In this document: piece after piece, positions 1-11,899 of the stretch
Numbering within the stretch: the stretch's first letter is position 1
Layout: each line of letters begins with the position of its first letter
Source of the DNA: Takakia lepidozioides
Taxonomy: Eukaryota > Plantae > Bryophyta
NCBI GenBank assembly: GCA_030704615.1
Contig: CM060731.1
Span: 80,724,001 to 80,788,000 of the forward strand
Direction of reading: 5' to 3'
Length of the DNA: 64,000 nt
Notes under the pieces: generated by a model
Database searches by the model: none
What the model saw: the letters and a program-made list of their open reading frames with translations, nothing else
Told to the model about the DNA's origin: nothing
Translations under genes and position numbers: made by a program

Positions 1-287
1 GGCACAATCTTCACTCGACCATCCTCCCACACTCTGAGCAGGTGTGTCTCCTCCCACTTGAACCTCTTGGCTCGTTGTAGGATCCGATCCCTCTCCTTGG
101 CTGTCACAGTGGCTGCCGTGTCTCCAGTGCGGAGATAGTCCAACACAGCTGAATCCTCATGTATATCTTTGGCGCCACCTTGCTCATTGCTGGCCTCAGG
201 GTCCTCAGACACTCGGTCTACAGTCATCCCTATTGTAGGTCCAACCTGGCCTTCCGCTGCCAAGATACACAGAAATGCAGATGCATG

Positions 288-1696
288 TCATCCGGGCACC
301 ATCTCCTCGTCCGTCTCACCATGCCACCGAGCTCCAGTGTCATCCTGTTGGCTCGTGCATGAATTGCGACTCAACCCATCCGCATCCCGATTGACCAAAC
401 CCGGTCGATGCACAACCTGAAAGTCATACTCTTGAAGTATGAGTGCCCAGCGTGCAAGCTTCCCCGTAAGCTTGTCTGACTCCATCAACCACTTGAGTGG
501 TTGGTGATCCGTGACAAGGGTGAAGAGATTGTCGTATAAATAGCACCTGAAGTGTGCCACGGCCCACACTGCAACTAAGCACTCTCCCTCATATGAGCTA
601 TACTTAGCCTCTGCAGCGTTGTTCGAGCGGCTAACATAAGCCACTACAAACTCTCTTCCCTCATCATCCATCTGTGTGAGCACCGCTCCAAACCCCAGCA
701 TGCTCCAATCTGTATGCAGCTGAAAAGGACGCCCCCTGATAGGTCGTCTCAAGATGGGTGCCGAGGTCAACATTGCCTTGAGCTCTTGAAAAGCTCGTTC
801 TTGCTCATCTTCCCATTGCCACTCCTGGTCCACCTTGGTCAGCTTGGTTAGAGCCTTTGCAATGGTACTAAATCCCTTGACAAACCGTCTATAATAGTTT
901 GTCAAACCCATGAAAGCTCGAACTCGGCTCACATCCGTGGGGCGTGGAATCTGTGCAATGGCCTCTACCTTAGTCTGCTGTACCCCCAATCCTCCAGGAT
1001 ATATCATATGACCCAGATATTCAATCTGGTTGTGGAAAAACTTGCACTTCCTCGGATGTAACTTCAATCCGTGCGCCCTCAAGCGCTCAAATACCACCTA
1101 AAGGTGTGTCTCATGCTCCTCCACCATAGCACTAAAGATGATGATGTCATCTATGTAGCACCGAGCAAACTCCACCCCTGCTAGAATCATGTCCATGACT
1201 CTTTGAAACTCTGCAAGAGCGTTCTTAAGCCCAAATGGTAAGAATAGCCACTGATATAGGCAATCCTTCCCGTGCTCATTGATCCCCAGAATGTCGTCTT
1301 CTGCTTATCCGCCTCCTTGATCGGCAACTGGTGATATCCAGATCGTAAATCCAAAGTGCTAAAGACCTTGGCATGCCCAATGGCATCAAAGATCTCCTCT
1401 GGTGTTGGTATGGCATACCTATCGGACTTGGTCTGACGATTTACAGGTCGGTAATCACCGCACATATGTCTCTCCGTCCAATTGCCATAGACATCCTTCT
1501 TGGCTGGCATCACTGTGGCTGAAGCATACTCTGCACCAGATAGCTCCACCAAACCAGCCTCCCAGAGGTCTTGAGTCCTCATCTGAATCAAGGACCTCTC
1601 CATGTCACTGTATCTATAGGGTCTCCGAAAGATTGGTGTGTCAGTGGCCAATTCAATGCGAATCTCTTGACCCTTCAGTGCTCCCAAGTCCTTCAA
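288..1696 (-). pseudogene. Gypsy reverse transcriptase + RNase H (frameshift ~1283, TAG at 1098-1100)
   Basis: ORFs 1187-1696 and 288-1097; the bridging frame reads LPFGLKNALAEFQRVMD...ARCYIDDIIIFS. Confidence 0.92.
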
Positions 1697-2149
1697 ACTG
1701 CAAAGCAGTTCCTATAAGTCCTCAAGAACCGCCGTATACGTCGTATGGGTCCAAACATCAGACTCCCAGTTGTCCTCCGTGACTGCAACCTTGAGTCCAG
1801 CAGGCTTCGAGGTAGAAGACGTGTCCCGTGGTTGCTATGCTGCAACCTCTTGAGCAGTATCCGCTGCCTGCTCTGTAAGTGACAATGCCTCATCCTGCCC
1901 CATCATCTCATCCTTGGGGACCTCCTCAACCCGAGAAAAATCCCCAACCTCATCCATCACCGCCGCCTTGGCTGCCAACTCCCTCTAAACCTCGAGCACC
2001 TCCCACGTGTGCCATGGATGTGGCCTGCACCTCATGGTCCTCACCTGTTCACCCCCACTCGCTGCCTGTACCATCTCGGTAGGCAGAGAGACTCTCAAGG
2101 GAAGTGTACTCTGTACTCTGCGCTGCTCAGCCATAGCCAAGCTGATAAT

Positions 2150-3099
2150 CCAGGTCAAGCAATTGAGATCCATTGCTTGCCCCAACATCTGACGACGTGA
2201 TGTCTCAGAAAGAGATGGCACCGCCGTGGTACCAGTGGTAAAACCCATCGCCCGCTCGCGCTCGTCAGCATTGGGCTCCAATAATTGCTGCAACTGGCTA
2301 TCCCACAAGAGGCCAGGTCCACCATCCCGAAAAGCATGAGATCCTGGAAAGCTGAACAGTGTAGGTAATGCTGCTCGTGGGTGACCCACCTTATTGACCA
2401 CTGCCAAAGGTGATCGGTCATCGTGTCTCACATGCTGAGACTGCCTCCCTATGTCCAAAATGCTATCAACTGTGAGGTTTGGTGGCCGCTGCACCCCATC
2501 AAATGCACGCTTGAGCATTGCAGGTGGCATCAAGTTGGTCCACCATAGTCGTGGGCGATGAGCCCGTGACCCTACTGCAGCTGCATCCAGCAACACTGCT
2601 GACCCAAGCCAAGACCGCACTTGATACACACTGGCCATCACCTTGGTCCGAGAATCAGCCATCAATGGCACATTCTCCAAGATATATGCCGGAGAGTCCG
2701 CCTACTGAAGCTATAAATAGCATAGGACCATCAACATCTCCCAAAACAGGCGTGACCTCGAGTCTTGTAACCCATTGTCATGCCCGGCTGATGAATGCCC
2801 TTGGCAAGGCCAACCTGCCACTACCAAGTGAATAGGGCCACCCACTCCAAATCCTGCGTCCCCAGCAAAGAGATGTCTGCTGGCAAGACTTGCTGGTATC
2901 CACGAACTGCAGACACCGGCAACAAATCAGGGTACTGCTGCACCAACTGAGCAACATAGCGCAGTGAGATGCGTCGTGCAGTCTCATCCCTCTCTACATA
3001 CAGGTAACGTCGAACTCGTACACCTGCCTGCAGCACTGCAACCAATCCAATGCTGATCCCGCCAAACAAGTCCAGAATGCATATGCCTTCATCCGGGCA
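2150..3099 (-). pseudogene. DNMT3-like C5 cytosine methyltransferase domain within the Gypsy polyprotein
   Basis: Motif I ILDLFGGISIG (~3046-3078); motif II YVERD; motif IV VVAGWPCQGHS (PCQ at 2801-2809, after a 1-nt frameshift ~2838) followed by GLQDSRSRLFWE; motif VI YILENV (~2669-2686); motif VIII RAHRPRLWWTNL (~2531-2566); motif IX ERERAMGF; motif X RRQMLGQAMD. Motifs are in linear I-X order. Confidence 0.9.
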
Positions 3100-3102
3100 C
3101 TA

Positions 3103-3936
3103 TCACACAAGAGGTGTGGTGTCCAATGGCGATAACTGAGGTGGTCCTGGTGCAATCACCGCACTCTTCTCCTCTCCTGACGGTACAAAGGCCTCTACCC
3201 AGGCTTGTTGCACTCGTCTATCAGCAGCTTGCTGCAAATCTTTGCTCGTGCCCCACAATGGAGTGTGAGCAACCATGGTAGGCAACTCTGTCATACCATG
3301 CATATCATCTTGCTCTGCTGGAGGTGGCACATCCTCTGTATGATCATTGCCTTCTAGCAACTCTCCAGGCCAACTCACTACACCCGTGAAGGCTGCTAGT
3401 GTCGGTATCTTGCCCCGCCGGGTAGCTGCAACACCCCCAATGAATGTCATAGGGAGTTGCACATGACGGCCATCTCCTAATTGCCATCCAGGCCTATACA
3501 ATGTTGACTCCTCCCAAAAACCCAAGGTGAAGCCCATGGGATACAACAATGCCCCACCAACGAGGACATCGTAAGATACCGCGTCTGTCACAATGGCCTT
3601 GGCTCGCATCACTGAGCCATCTATAGGATGATCCAGCTGTACTCTAATGGCCAACTCACGTCGTGTCATGCCCCGAGTCTGCTCTGATCTTCCCAGAGAT
3701 GTCTGTATATGGAAAGGACAAGGCTCTATATCCGCCTCCATAAGGCCCAAACCTGCAAAAGCAGCTTTGCCCAACATCAGTGGCTGAGCTCCCGAGTCCA
3801 ACAAGACCCGCAGTGGCCGGTACCTCTTGCCTGCCGGTCCACTCAAAGAGAAAATGCCATCCTGGTTGTCTAACAAGACAACTCCAGGTGTCACCATGGC
3901 GCGCTCAAAGGCTGGTCTAGTTGGCAGCTCCGTCAA
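3103..3936 (-). pseudogene. Retropepsin-like aspartic protease region of the Gypsy pol
   Basis: RVLLDSGAQPLMLG catalytic motif and YDVLVG C-terminal motif; same frame as methyltransferase motif I, separated only by TGA-TAG at 3100-3105. Confidence 0.85.
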
Positions 3937-5089
3937 CCTGGCAGCTGCAGCTTGCCATGGCGCATAAGGACCAACCTGCAGTTTGTCAGAATCTCAGTAT
4001 GCCACCAAGCAGTCCAACTTGAGCAAGATGAAAACAAATTCCATATCATTTGTATTCACACCGAGACATGTGATCATACAAGGTGTCAAGGGAATGTGAA
4101 TTCAGCCTGTCAAATTGCAGGTTCAAGGCTTGTACAAACAAGCAGCATGAACAGCCGAGATCCAGCATCTTTAGATTGCAGGTCAAAGGCCTGATGTCAT
4201 GACAGAGCCAAAACTATAGGTAGGATCCCATTGCAGCTTACCATCCTCATCCTTCAAGAGTTCCATGCTAAAACATGCAAAGAACACTTTACTATGATCC
4301 AGTACACATCAGAAGCAGGCCCGAAAAGGAGCGGGGCGGTGCCCTACCAGGCTGCCGCCATAACCTTCAAGGCCACCATATCCATATAAGACACCCAAAA
4401 CCGCCAAAAACATACCACCCAAAACCAGATCCTCTTTGGCCAAAAGAACTTACAACCTAGCTTAATAATCCACAGGCCTTGCTGTCAAAGATCCAAAGGT
4501 AGGGTATGGTTTGTATGCAAGCCTCAGGAAACAGGCCAGTCAGGCCGAGCTGCGCATCGGCGGCAGAATGACAAAGGCCAAAACGCAGGCTGTAGCATGC
4601 CAAACCAGGGGCAGTCGGGTTGAAATCGGGGCTGCAGGCAGCAGCCACCTCTCAGCGCAAAAACCCACAGGTCTCCTCAGCCCATATCCCAATCTACATG
4701 CTCAAGAAACTTCAAAGTAGGTGAGGATCCTCCCCTGGTCCCATCATAAGCCCCCACAAAAACCAACAGGTTAGTGAGGATTGTGGAACCCCAGGTGAAT
4801 CACAGACCCTCACACTTGTCATCGATGTCAACTAAGAAACTCAAAAGCAAGAGAAGGAAATAAGAACATAAGAATCCCTAAACTCCAAAGGCACCTAAGC
4901 GATTGGGGAAGAGGATTATGCGCCATCACCACCCGTAGCAAGCCGCCTCCACAAAGCACATAAGCAACGAAGCAAAGCAGGCACAATCGCAAGACACTAG
5001 AAAGGAGGAAGAGAACTTCCCAACATAAGTGCCCTTGCTAAGCATAAAAAGTTAGAGGAGGGAAGATGCCACTGCATTCATAGCGGTGT

Positions 5090-6850
5090 TTCCCGCTGCA
5101 AGAGAGACAAGGCGCCGCCTTCGTGCCCCCCCCAGGCGCTCGTCTAGCATGGGTACGACACCACAAACGGGGCAGCCACCAAAGCACATCCGCCACAACA
5201 CTCTCCTCGCAAGCTCAGAAGCACATCGCGTGCTTCTAACAGCGGGAGAGACGACATAGGGTTTTTTGTCCCCCGATTTTTCATCCGCGGATGAAAAACA
5301 GTAGAACGCATCTGTATACCCTGACGGATTTCATCCGCAGCAAGGTTAAAAATAGGTTTTGAGGTAGGGGTTAGGGTTTCCACCGTAATTAATCATAATT
5401 AGGGGTAGTAAAGATCAATTCCAGGCCATAATCACGTCATCCACAGACAGATCACTTATGTCAGGATGAAAAAGTAGGGAATATCATCCGTGGCATCTTA
5501 CTTCCATTTATGTAATTTTATCATTCCTCACCAGACCATCCGGTATGGATAAAAAGAGTCAATAAAAGAGGAATGAAAAAATTATTATCTTGGTAGTTTT
5601 TCAACCGGTATGGATGAAAAAACAGGATGTTATTGGCAACCTCCATAGAGGTAATTTTTTTTTTCCATGGTGACTCATCTAGTATGGATGAGAGTCAATA
5701 AAGGAGGAATGAAAAAGCCAAAAGAACCATCCTAGAGGTAATTCAGTGTCCATCCTGGTGGCTCATCCGGTATGGATGAAAAAGCCGATAGAGGATGAGA
5801 AAACAAGAAGTCAACACTGATAGCAAACTGCCAATTCCCAGTAGAGAGGGAGACAGAGGGAGAGAGGGGGCAACAAAGAAAAGAAAAAATGTGGGGGGGG
5901 AGTGACCGAGCAGCTGCAGCTGCTGAGCAACAGCTGCTGAGTCACTCCCCCCCCCCACCTTTTTTTTTTTGTTTGGTTTCATGATCTCTCCCTCTCACTC
6001 CCTCTCACTCCCTCTCTCTCCCTCCCTTCTTGGAATTGGCCGGTTGCATCAGTGTTCTTTTCATGATTTTCCATCTATACCAGATGGACTCTAAAAGGTG
6101 TTTTCACCCGACTTGTAAAGGTTTTCTATCCATACCGGAAGAATCACTAGTTGGACACTAAAATACCTTTAAAAATGACATAATTTTTCACTCCTCTTTT
6201 ATTGACTTTCATCTATATCAGATGAATCACCAGAGAATGAGGAATTACCTCCGTAGGGGTTATGACACTGGCATCTTATCTATAAATTTTCCATCCATGC
6301 CGGATGAAAAATACCGGGATTTGAATTCGTTTTATTCCCCCTTTATGCCTTTTTTTCCGTACTGGATGAGGCTTTCTCTTAACGGATGACGAATTACCTG
6401 TTAGGATGAGAAACCGCTGCCCTGGATGATGTATACTACTTTTTTATCCTGCTGATGGACCTCATCCGAATAAATGAACCTATTTATTTTTTCATCTGGA
6501 TCGGATGAAAAAAACAGCTTATGATGGCCATGGAGAATTTTTTAATTACCCTTAATTATTGCTAATTAAGGAGTGAAACCCTAACTCCTACCCTATAATC
6601 TACTGTTTAAACCTAGTTAACGGATGACATCCGTCGGGTTTTTGAGAGAAAGGGTATTGATTATTCATCCTCCGGATGAAAAATCGGGCTCTGCCCTTGG
6701 GTGTCTCTCCCGCTGTCAGCTGCATTCCTCGTGCTGCTGAGCTCGCGAGTTATGGCGTCTGAGCTCTGCTACTACCCTGTCTGCTGCTTCATGCCGGACG
6801 AGCTCCTGGGGATGCGCAATGGCGGCGTCTTGTCTCTGTGAGCAGCCGAA
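5090..6850. repeat. Large imperfect foldback palindrome (arms ~5090-5915 and ~5930-6850) rich in GGATGAAAA/TTTCATCC motifs
   Basis: Arms are collinear reverse complements, e.g. ccccgatttttcatccgcggatgaaaa (5271) vs ttcatcctccggatgaaaaatcggg (~6664), and gtaggggttagggtttc vs gaaaccctaactcctac. Centre is gggggggg-agtgaccgagcagctg...cagctgctgagtcact-cccccccc. Confidence 0.85.
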
Positions 6851-6952
6851 GCTCCGAGTTGGCCCGGCGGCCAGGTTGGGAGTCAGGTGTGCGCATCAAA
6901 GCGAGTAACTATGACTTGAAGGGGAGCTTACCGAAGTGAGGTGCGCGACACT

Positions 6953-6964
6953 TGGTATCAGAGC
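6953..6964 (+). promoter_or_regulatory. Primer-binding site (tRNA-iMet) after an LTR 3' end (...gcgaCA at 6950)
   Basis: TGGTATCAGAGC 2 nt after CA, directly upstream of a gag ORF. Confidence 0.85.
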
Positions 6965-7005
6965 TTAGAGTTCAGTACGCGATCGTCCTTGGGATTGGCC
7001 TCATC

Positions 7006-7596
7006 ATGGGGTCGGGCAAGCCGAAGCGAAAGCGGAACGGCCCAAAAGATGATGATCCCGGTGAGCCCGATGGGGGCGGCGTGTCACCGAGGTGGCCGTT
7101 TGAGGAAGTGATGCATGTTTCCGAAAACGAGGCCGCCCAAGAGCGGGAGGAATCCGAGGAGTCGGAGCCTGAGGAATCCTTGAGAGCTCCGACAAACCAA
7201 GAGATGCCTCCCATGCCGGCAGCCTTTTGGGAAGGGTTGTTGGCGCAATTTGGCGGGACGTTGAAAGACGTGTTGAAGGCGGCTAATGCCACTTCCGCTA
7301 AGGCAAAGTTTAAGGTGAAGCCTAAGGAACCCGGCACCTTTGAGGGCGTCCGAAATTGGAAGGCACTCAACACCTGGCTCTTGGAGCTAGAGCAGTACTT
7401 TTGGGCGGCCAAGTTGAGTGACGAGGATCGGGTGGAAGTGGCTCCCACCTATTTGAGGGGCTATGCTCAACAATGGTGGCAGAAACGCCTTCACAACCGA
7501 GGCCCAAGCCTGGAAACCTTGAACTGGAGTGGGTTCAAGGAATTGATGAAGAGACAGTTTGTGCCCCTCAACGCGTCCTGGCTTGCCCAAGAGTGA
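7006..7596 (+). pseudogene. Truncated Ty3/Gypsy gag (Retrotrans_gag-like)
   Basis: KPKEPGTFEG...WLLELEQYF...YLRGYAQQWW...WSGFKELMKRQF, ending abruptly at 7596; follows the PBS. Confidence 0.88.
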
Positions 7597-7909
7597 AGCG
7601 TTTACTCTCTTCTGCCACACATATTCTTCAGCGCCGCCATCTTGACCGTATTTGGTATTTTTCTTCAGACCACATGGCACGTGGCATTTCTTGAAGCAAA
7701 GCTCTTTGTCCTCTTCTATTGAAGACAAATATGGTCAACAATCAATGCTTGCTACTTCACAGTTTAGGCTCACCTTAGGTATACCATGAGCATTTGTACA
7801 AGATACTTTGAAATCCAAAGAGGAATCTATTGGCAGCAGGACAGAGTGTGAATGTGTATTTTTCATTGTGCTGATCTGTAAGTGTTGCAGGAGAGCATGG
7901 GCTGCCATT

Positions 7910-10900
7910 GATGCGTTTCCCATTTCTGAGGCACGCACCCAAGATGCCTCCACAAGATGATAGCCCTTCCATTTGACGAGATACTCCGTTTCTCGGTTCT
8001 TGAACCTCCTCGACTTAAGTATTGCCTCCACCTCGTACTCAGGTTCATTTTCATGATCCAACAGCATAGGTGGCGGACGCAACACTTGATGCCGATTCGG
8101 GCGCGCTTCATCTTTGAAGTAAGGCTTCAAAAGGGAGACATGGAATACTGGGTGCACCTTGCTATTTGCCGGTAGCTCCAATTCATACACATCCTCATTC
8201 ATAACCTTCCGAATGCGAAAAGGTCCCGCATACGGAGGTACAAACTTCGGACTCACTTCCGGAGGTAGTCGGAAATTCTTGATGTTCAACCAGACCTCCG
8301 TGCCTGCCTCAAACTTCACTTCCCTCCGCTTCCGATTCGCCTGCCTTTCATACCGTTTCCTAGCTTTGGCAATGTTGTACTTTACGAGCTTCAACAAACG
8401 CTCGCGTTCTTCCAGTACCGCCGCTACTGCCGGTTCCTCAACGTCTTGGGCGGCCCAACTTGTCGGCACCAGAGGTGCTTTTCCATAGACCAATACGAAA
8501 GGGGAAACTCCCGTTGCGGAGTGTTCTGTGTTATTATAACAGAACTCTGCCGCGTCTAAGTGTTCCACCCAGTCTGTTTGGTCTGCCGACACGTAATTCC
8601 GCAAGATCTGCTTCACTACGGAATTCACTCTTTCTGTTTGGCCGTCGGTCGTAGGTCGGAAGGCGGTGCTCATCTTCAGCCTCGTCCCCATCTTTTTCCA
8701 AAGTGCTCTCCAGAATTTACTCGTAAACTTTGGATCGCGGTCCGAGACAATATCCTTCGGGACTCCATGATGCTTTAAGACGTGGGCGAAGTAAAGTCGC
8801 CATGTCTCCTGCGCCGTTGCCGTCTCATTGGTGGGGATGAAATGGCCCATTTTACTGAACCTATCCACCACCACCATGATTGCATCGAATCCTTTTGACA
8901 GCGGCATAGTAGTCATGAAATCCATCGAGACGCTTTCCCAAGTCCCCTCTGGAATCGGCAAGGGTTGTAACAGCCCCGCTTGCTTTTTGTACTCGCTCCG
9001 GTTTTGTTGGCATGTGGTGCATGTCTTGACATACTCCTCTGCCTCCTCCCTCAGTTTGGGCCAGAAATACTCTTTCTTCAAGAGTGCCGCAGTGCGCTTG
9101 GCTCTGCCGTGGCCCGCAAGCGGGCTATCATGGCATCTCTCAAGAGGCTATCTCTGATCCCTCCCTTCGGCACGTAGAGACGCTTTTGCTTATACCGGAG
9201 CAGTCCATTTTGCAAGTGGAACTGCGATTTAACCCCCATCCTCAAGTCCTGCATCATGGACTTCGCCAGCTCATCCTTCCGGCAAGCCTTCCGGATCTTC
9301 CTTTGGAGTGTCGTCTCGCCCTTGTACACCAACAAGAGCTGCTGCTTTCTACTTAAAGCATCGGCCACCACGTTGTCTCGTCCCGGTTTGTACTGGATAT
9401 CCACGTCAAACACCGCCAAAGTATCTTGCCACCTAAGTTGTTTTGGGGACAACTTGGGCTGCGTGGCAAAATACTTCACCGTGACATTGTTCGTGAACAC
9501 CTTCACTGGGTTGGAACCAACATAGTGGCGCCAGAGCTCAAGACAGTGCACCACCGCCTTCATCTCTTTCTCGTGCGTCGGCCACCGTCGCTCCACTTCA
9601 TTCAGTTTCTTACTTTCGTAAGCCACTGGACGTCCATCTTGCATCAGTACACCCCCAATCGCGAAGTCCGACGCATCTGTATGTATCTCGAACGGACGAT
9701 CGAACTCCGGGATTTTCAAGACTGGAGCTTCCGCCATCCGCTGCTTCAATTCAGCAAAAGCTTGGCCACAAAAGGTGTTCCATGCCCAGACTTTAGATTT
9801 ACACAGAAGGTCCGACAGCGGCCCCACGATCTTGGCGAAATTTCTCACATACTTCTGGTAATAGGAGGCGAGTCCTAGGAAGGAACGCACTCCCGGGACC
9901 GAAGTCGGAGGCTCCCAGTCCAAGATCGCCCTCACCTTTCTGTCATCCATTTTGATCCCATCCTATGTAATCACATGCCCCAAGAACTCTACTTTCGTGA
10001 CCCCGAATTCGCACTTTGAAGCTTTGGCATACAGCTTCCCTTCTCGCAACTTTTGGAACACCCTTTTGAGATGCTCCAGGTGTTCCTCCTTTGTTTTCGA
10101 GTACACCAAGATGTCGTCGATGTACACGATCACAAAGTCATCCAATCACTCCTGAAAAAGGCTGTTCATCAGCGTGCTAAAGGTCGCCGGTGCATTAGTG
10201 AGCCCAAAAGGCATCACCAAGAACTCATATGAACCATACCTTGTCCTGCACGCGGTCTTCTCCTCATCTCCTTCCGCCACCCGAATTTGATGATAGCCGG
10301 AGCGCAAGTCGATCCGGCTGAAATACTTCGCTCCTGCCAACCGATCGAAGAGGTCATCGATCCTTGGCAAAGGGTACCGGTTTTTGATAGTCACCTTATT
10401 CAGAGCCCTGTAATCGACACACATCCGCAGCGTCCCATCCTTCTTGTCTGCGAATAGCACCGGGGCTCCGTAAGGTGACTTACTCGGCCGGATGTACCCC
10501 TTTGATATTAGATCCTTGAGCTGAGTCTTCAGCTCGACCAACTCCCTGTGACTCAACCGGTAGGGTGCCTTGGCAGGCGGTTCCGATCCCGGTATCACCT
10601 CAATCTTGTGGTCAACTCCTCTTCGCGGTGGCAGGCCGCTTGGTAAATCCTCCAGCATCACATCCTGGTATTTCTCCAAGATCCCCTTGATCCAATCTGG
10701 GCTTGGCTCCCCATCGCCTTCTCCCTTCACTTCTCTAATGTAAAGCAAAAACTGGGGTTCGTGTGCCTCCTCCACGGCCCACTCCCTCGCTGACAGAAGG
10801 TTTATTCGCCCTCCCACGGATTTGGGCGTTTCCGACACTCGTAAGACCTCGCCACCATTCCCACATGGCAGCGTGACTACTCTCTTGCGGCCATCTATGA

Positions 10901-10928
10901 CCGCTCCGGATTTGCTCAAAAAGGTCAA
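7910..10928 (-). mobile_element. Chromovirus (Ty3/Gypsy, Tcn1-like) pol: protease C-terminus, RT, RNase H, integrase, chromodomain; degenerate
   Basis: [29 protein letters not shown]; HHCC zinc finger restored across a 1-nt frameshift ~9137; SMDF..DRD..GQTERVN integrase core; GPF; chromodomain EYEVEAIL..YLVKWKGY..SWV. Stops at 10146 (TGA) and 9963 (TAG). Clade assignment is inference. Confidence 0.93.
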
Positions 10929-10929
10929 G

Positions 10930-11230
10930 TATTGATATGTGCTAAAACCACTTATTGAGTGGTTCTACTTGTATCAATGTAGTGGTTAGGTTGTGTGCTA
11001 AAACCACTGACGAAGTGGTTCTACCAGTATTGATGTAGTGATTAGGTTGTGTGCTAAAACCACTGACGAAGTCATCCAGTGTGTCCCACCAAGTAGGAAC
11101 CATGGTTTTGAATTATTACTACCAGAGTGGTATGTAAGTGATTGGGGCTACATCTGGAGGAGTACAACCACTCTTGCATACTGTCACGGTCTTACATATA
11201 CCACTGACAGAGTGATGTATAAGTGATTCA
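10930..11230. repeat. ~56-bp tandem repeat built from ACCACT/AGTGGT motifs, probably CACTA subterminal sequence
   Basis: gtgctaaaaccact recurs at ~10939, ~10995 and ~11051; the same motif set is dense at 31200-31892 next to a CACTA terminus. Confidence 0.6.
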
Positions 11231-11899
11231 TACATTCCCATATAATTCTCCTACAATTCCCATACATTCGAAGTGAATCTGCAAATCCAAATACTCTTGA
11301 AGATTCACCATTCAAAAAACAGAATAGAATCCAAGACAGTAAGCGTTGGAACAGAGTCAACAAAATCTAGCCATGATAAAGGGTGACACTATCTACACTA
11401 CGTCTCCGCAGGCATGCTAAAAGCCATGAACCACTTTCTGCCTTTTGGTCAGTGATAGACATCTACCCATGCAGGTTTCTTGTAGCTATTGATCCACAGG
11501 GAATCATAGATAACCTTATGCTTGAAATCCGGCCCTCTTGGATGAATCTGGACCCACACTCCATCCCTGCTCCTTCAGCTATCCATGCCTTTGCACAAAC
11601 TATGCATACATCCTTGCCTTGTTGCTAGCAACTGACAATGACAGCCTACATCTGTTCTAGGAAACACCCAACTCAACTTATCACTATAGTTCCTATGCTC
11701 AATTGCATCTACTACTCTTTGTAATCCATGGATAGCTAAAGGTCCATATTCATCCAAGAGGGCCAGATTTCAGCAATAGGGTATGTCACCCTACAAATCG
11801 GACATTTATCTGTGGCTTGCTGCTAGCAGCTGACAATGACAGCCTAGAGTTGTTCCAGCAAACACCCCAACCCTACTTATCACACTAGTTCCTATGCTC

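Larger units (their letters stand above)
1..3990 (-). mobile_element. Degenerate Ty3/Gypsy LTR-retrotransposon pol: aspartic protease - C5 DNA methyltransferase - RT - RNase H; integrase presumably lies left of the window
   Basis: Minus-strand ORF chain: LLDSGA protease (3103-3936), methyltransferase motifs (~2150-3099), RT ([27 protein letters not shown] at ~1146-1160), RNase H (LHTDWS, EGECLVAVWAV, TDHQPLKW, ADGLSR). Several stops and 1-nt frameshifts. No gag or LTR recognised. Confidence 0.93.

Noticed and set aside
159-2835. Plus-strand ORFs over the Gypsy-DNMT element
   Set aside because: Antisense shadows of pol with no motifs.
4780-4815. Possible TG start of a 5' LTR for the DNMT element
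   Set aside because: No PBS found downstream, no second LTR in the window, and the region is homologous to the foldback arm at ~33560.
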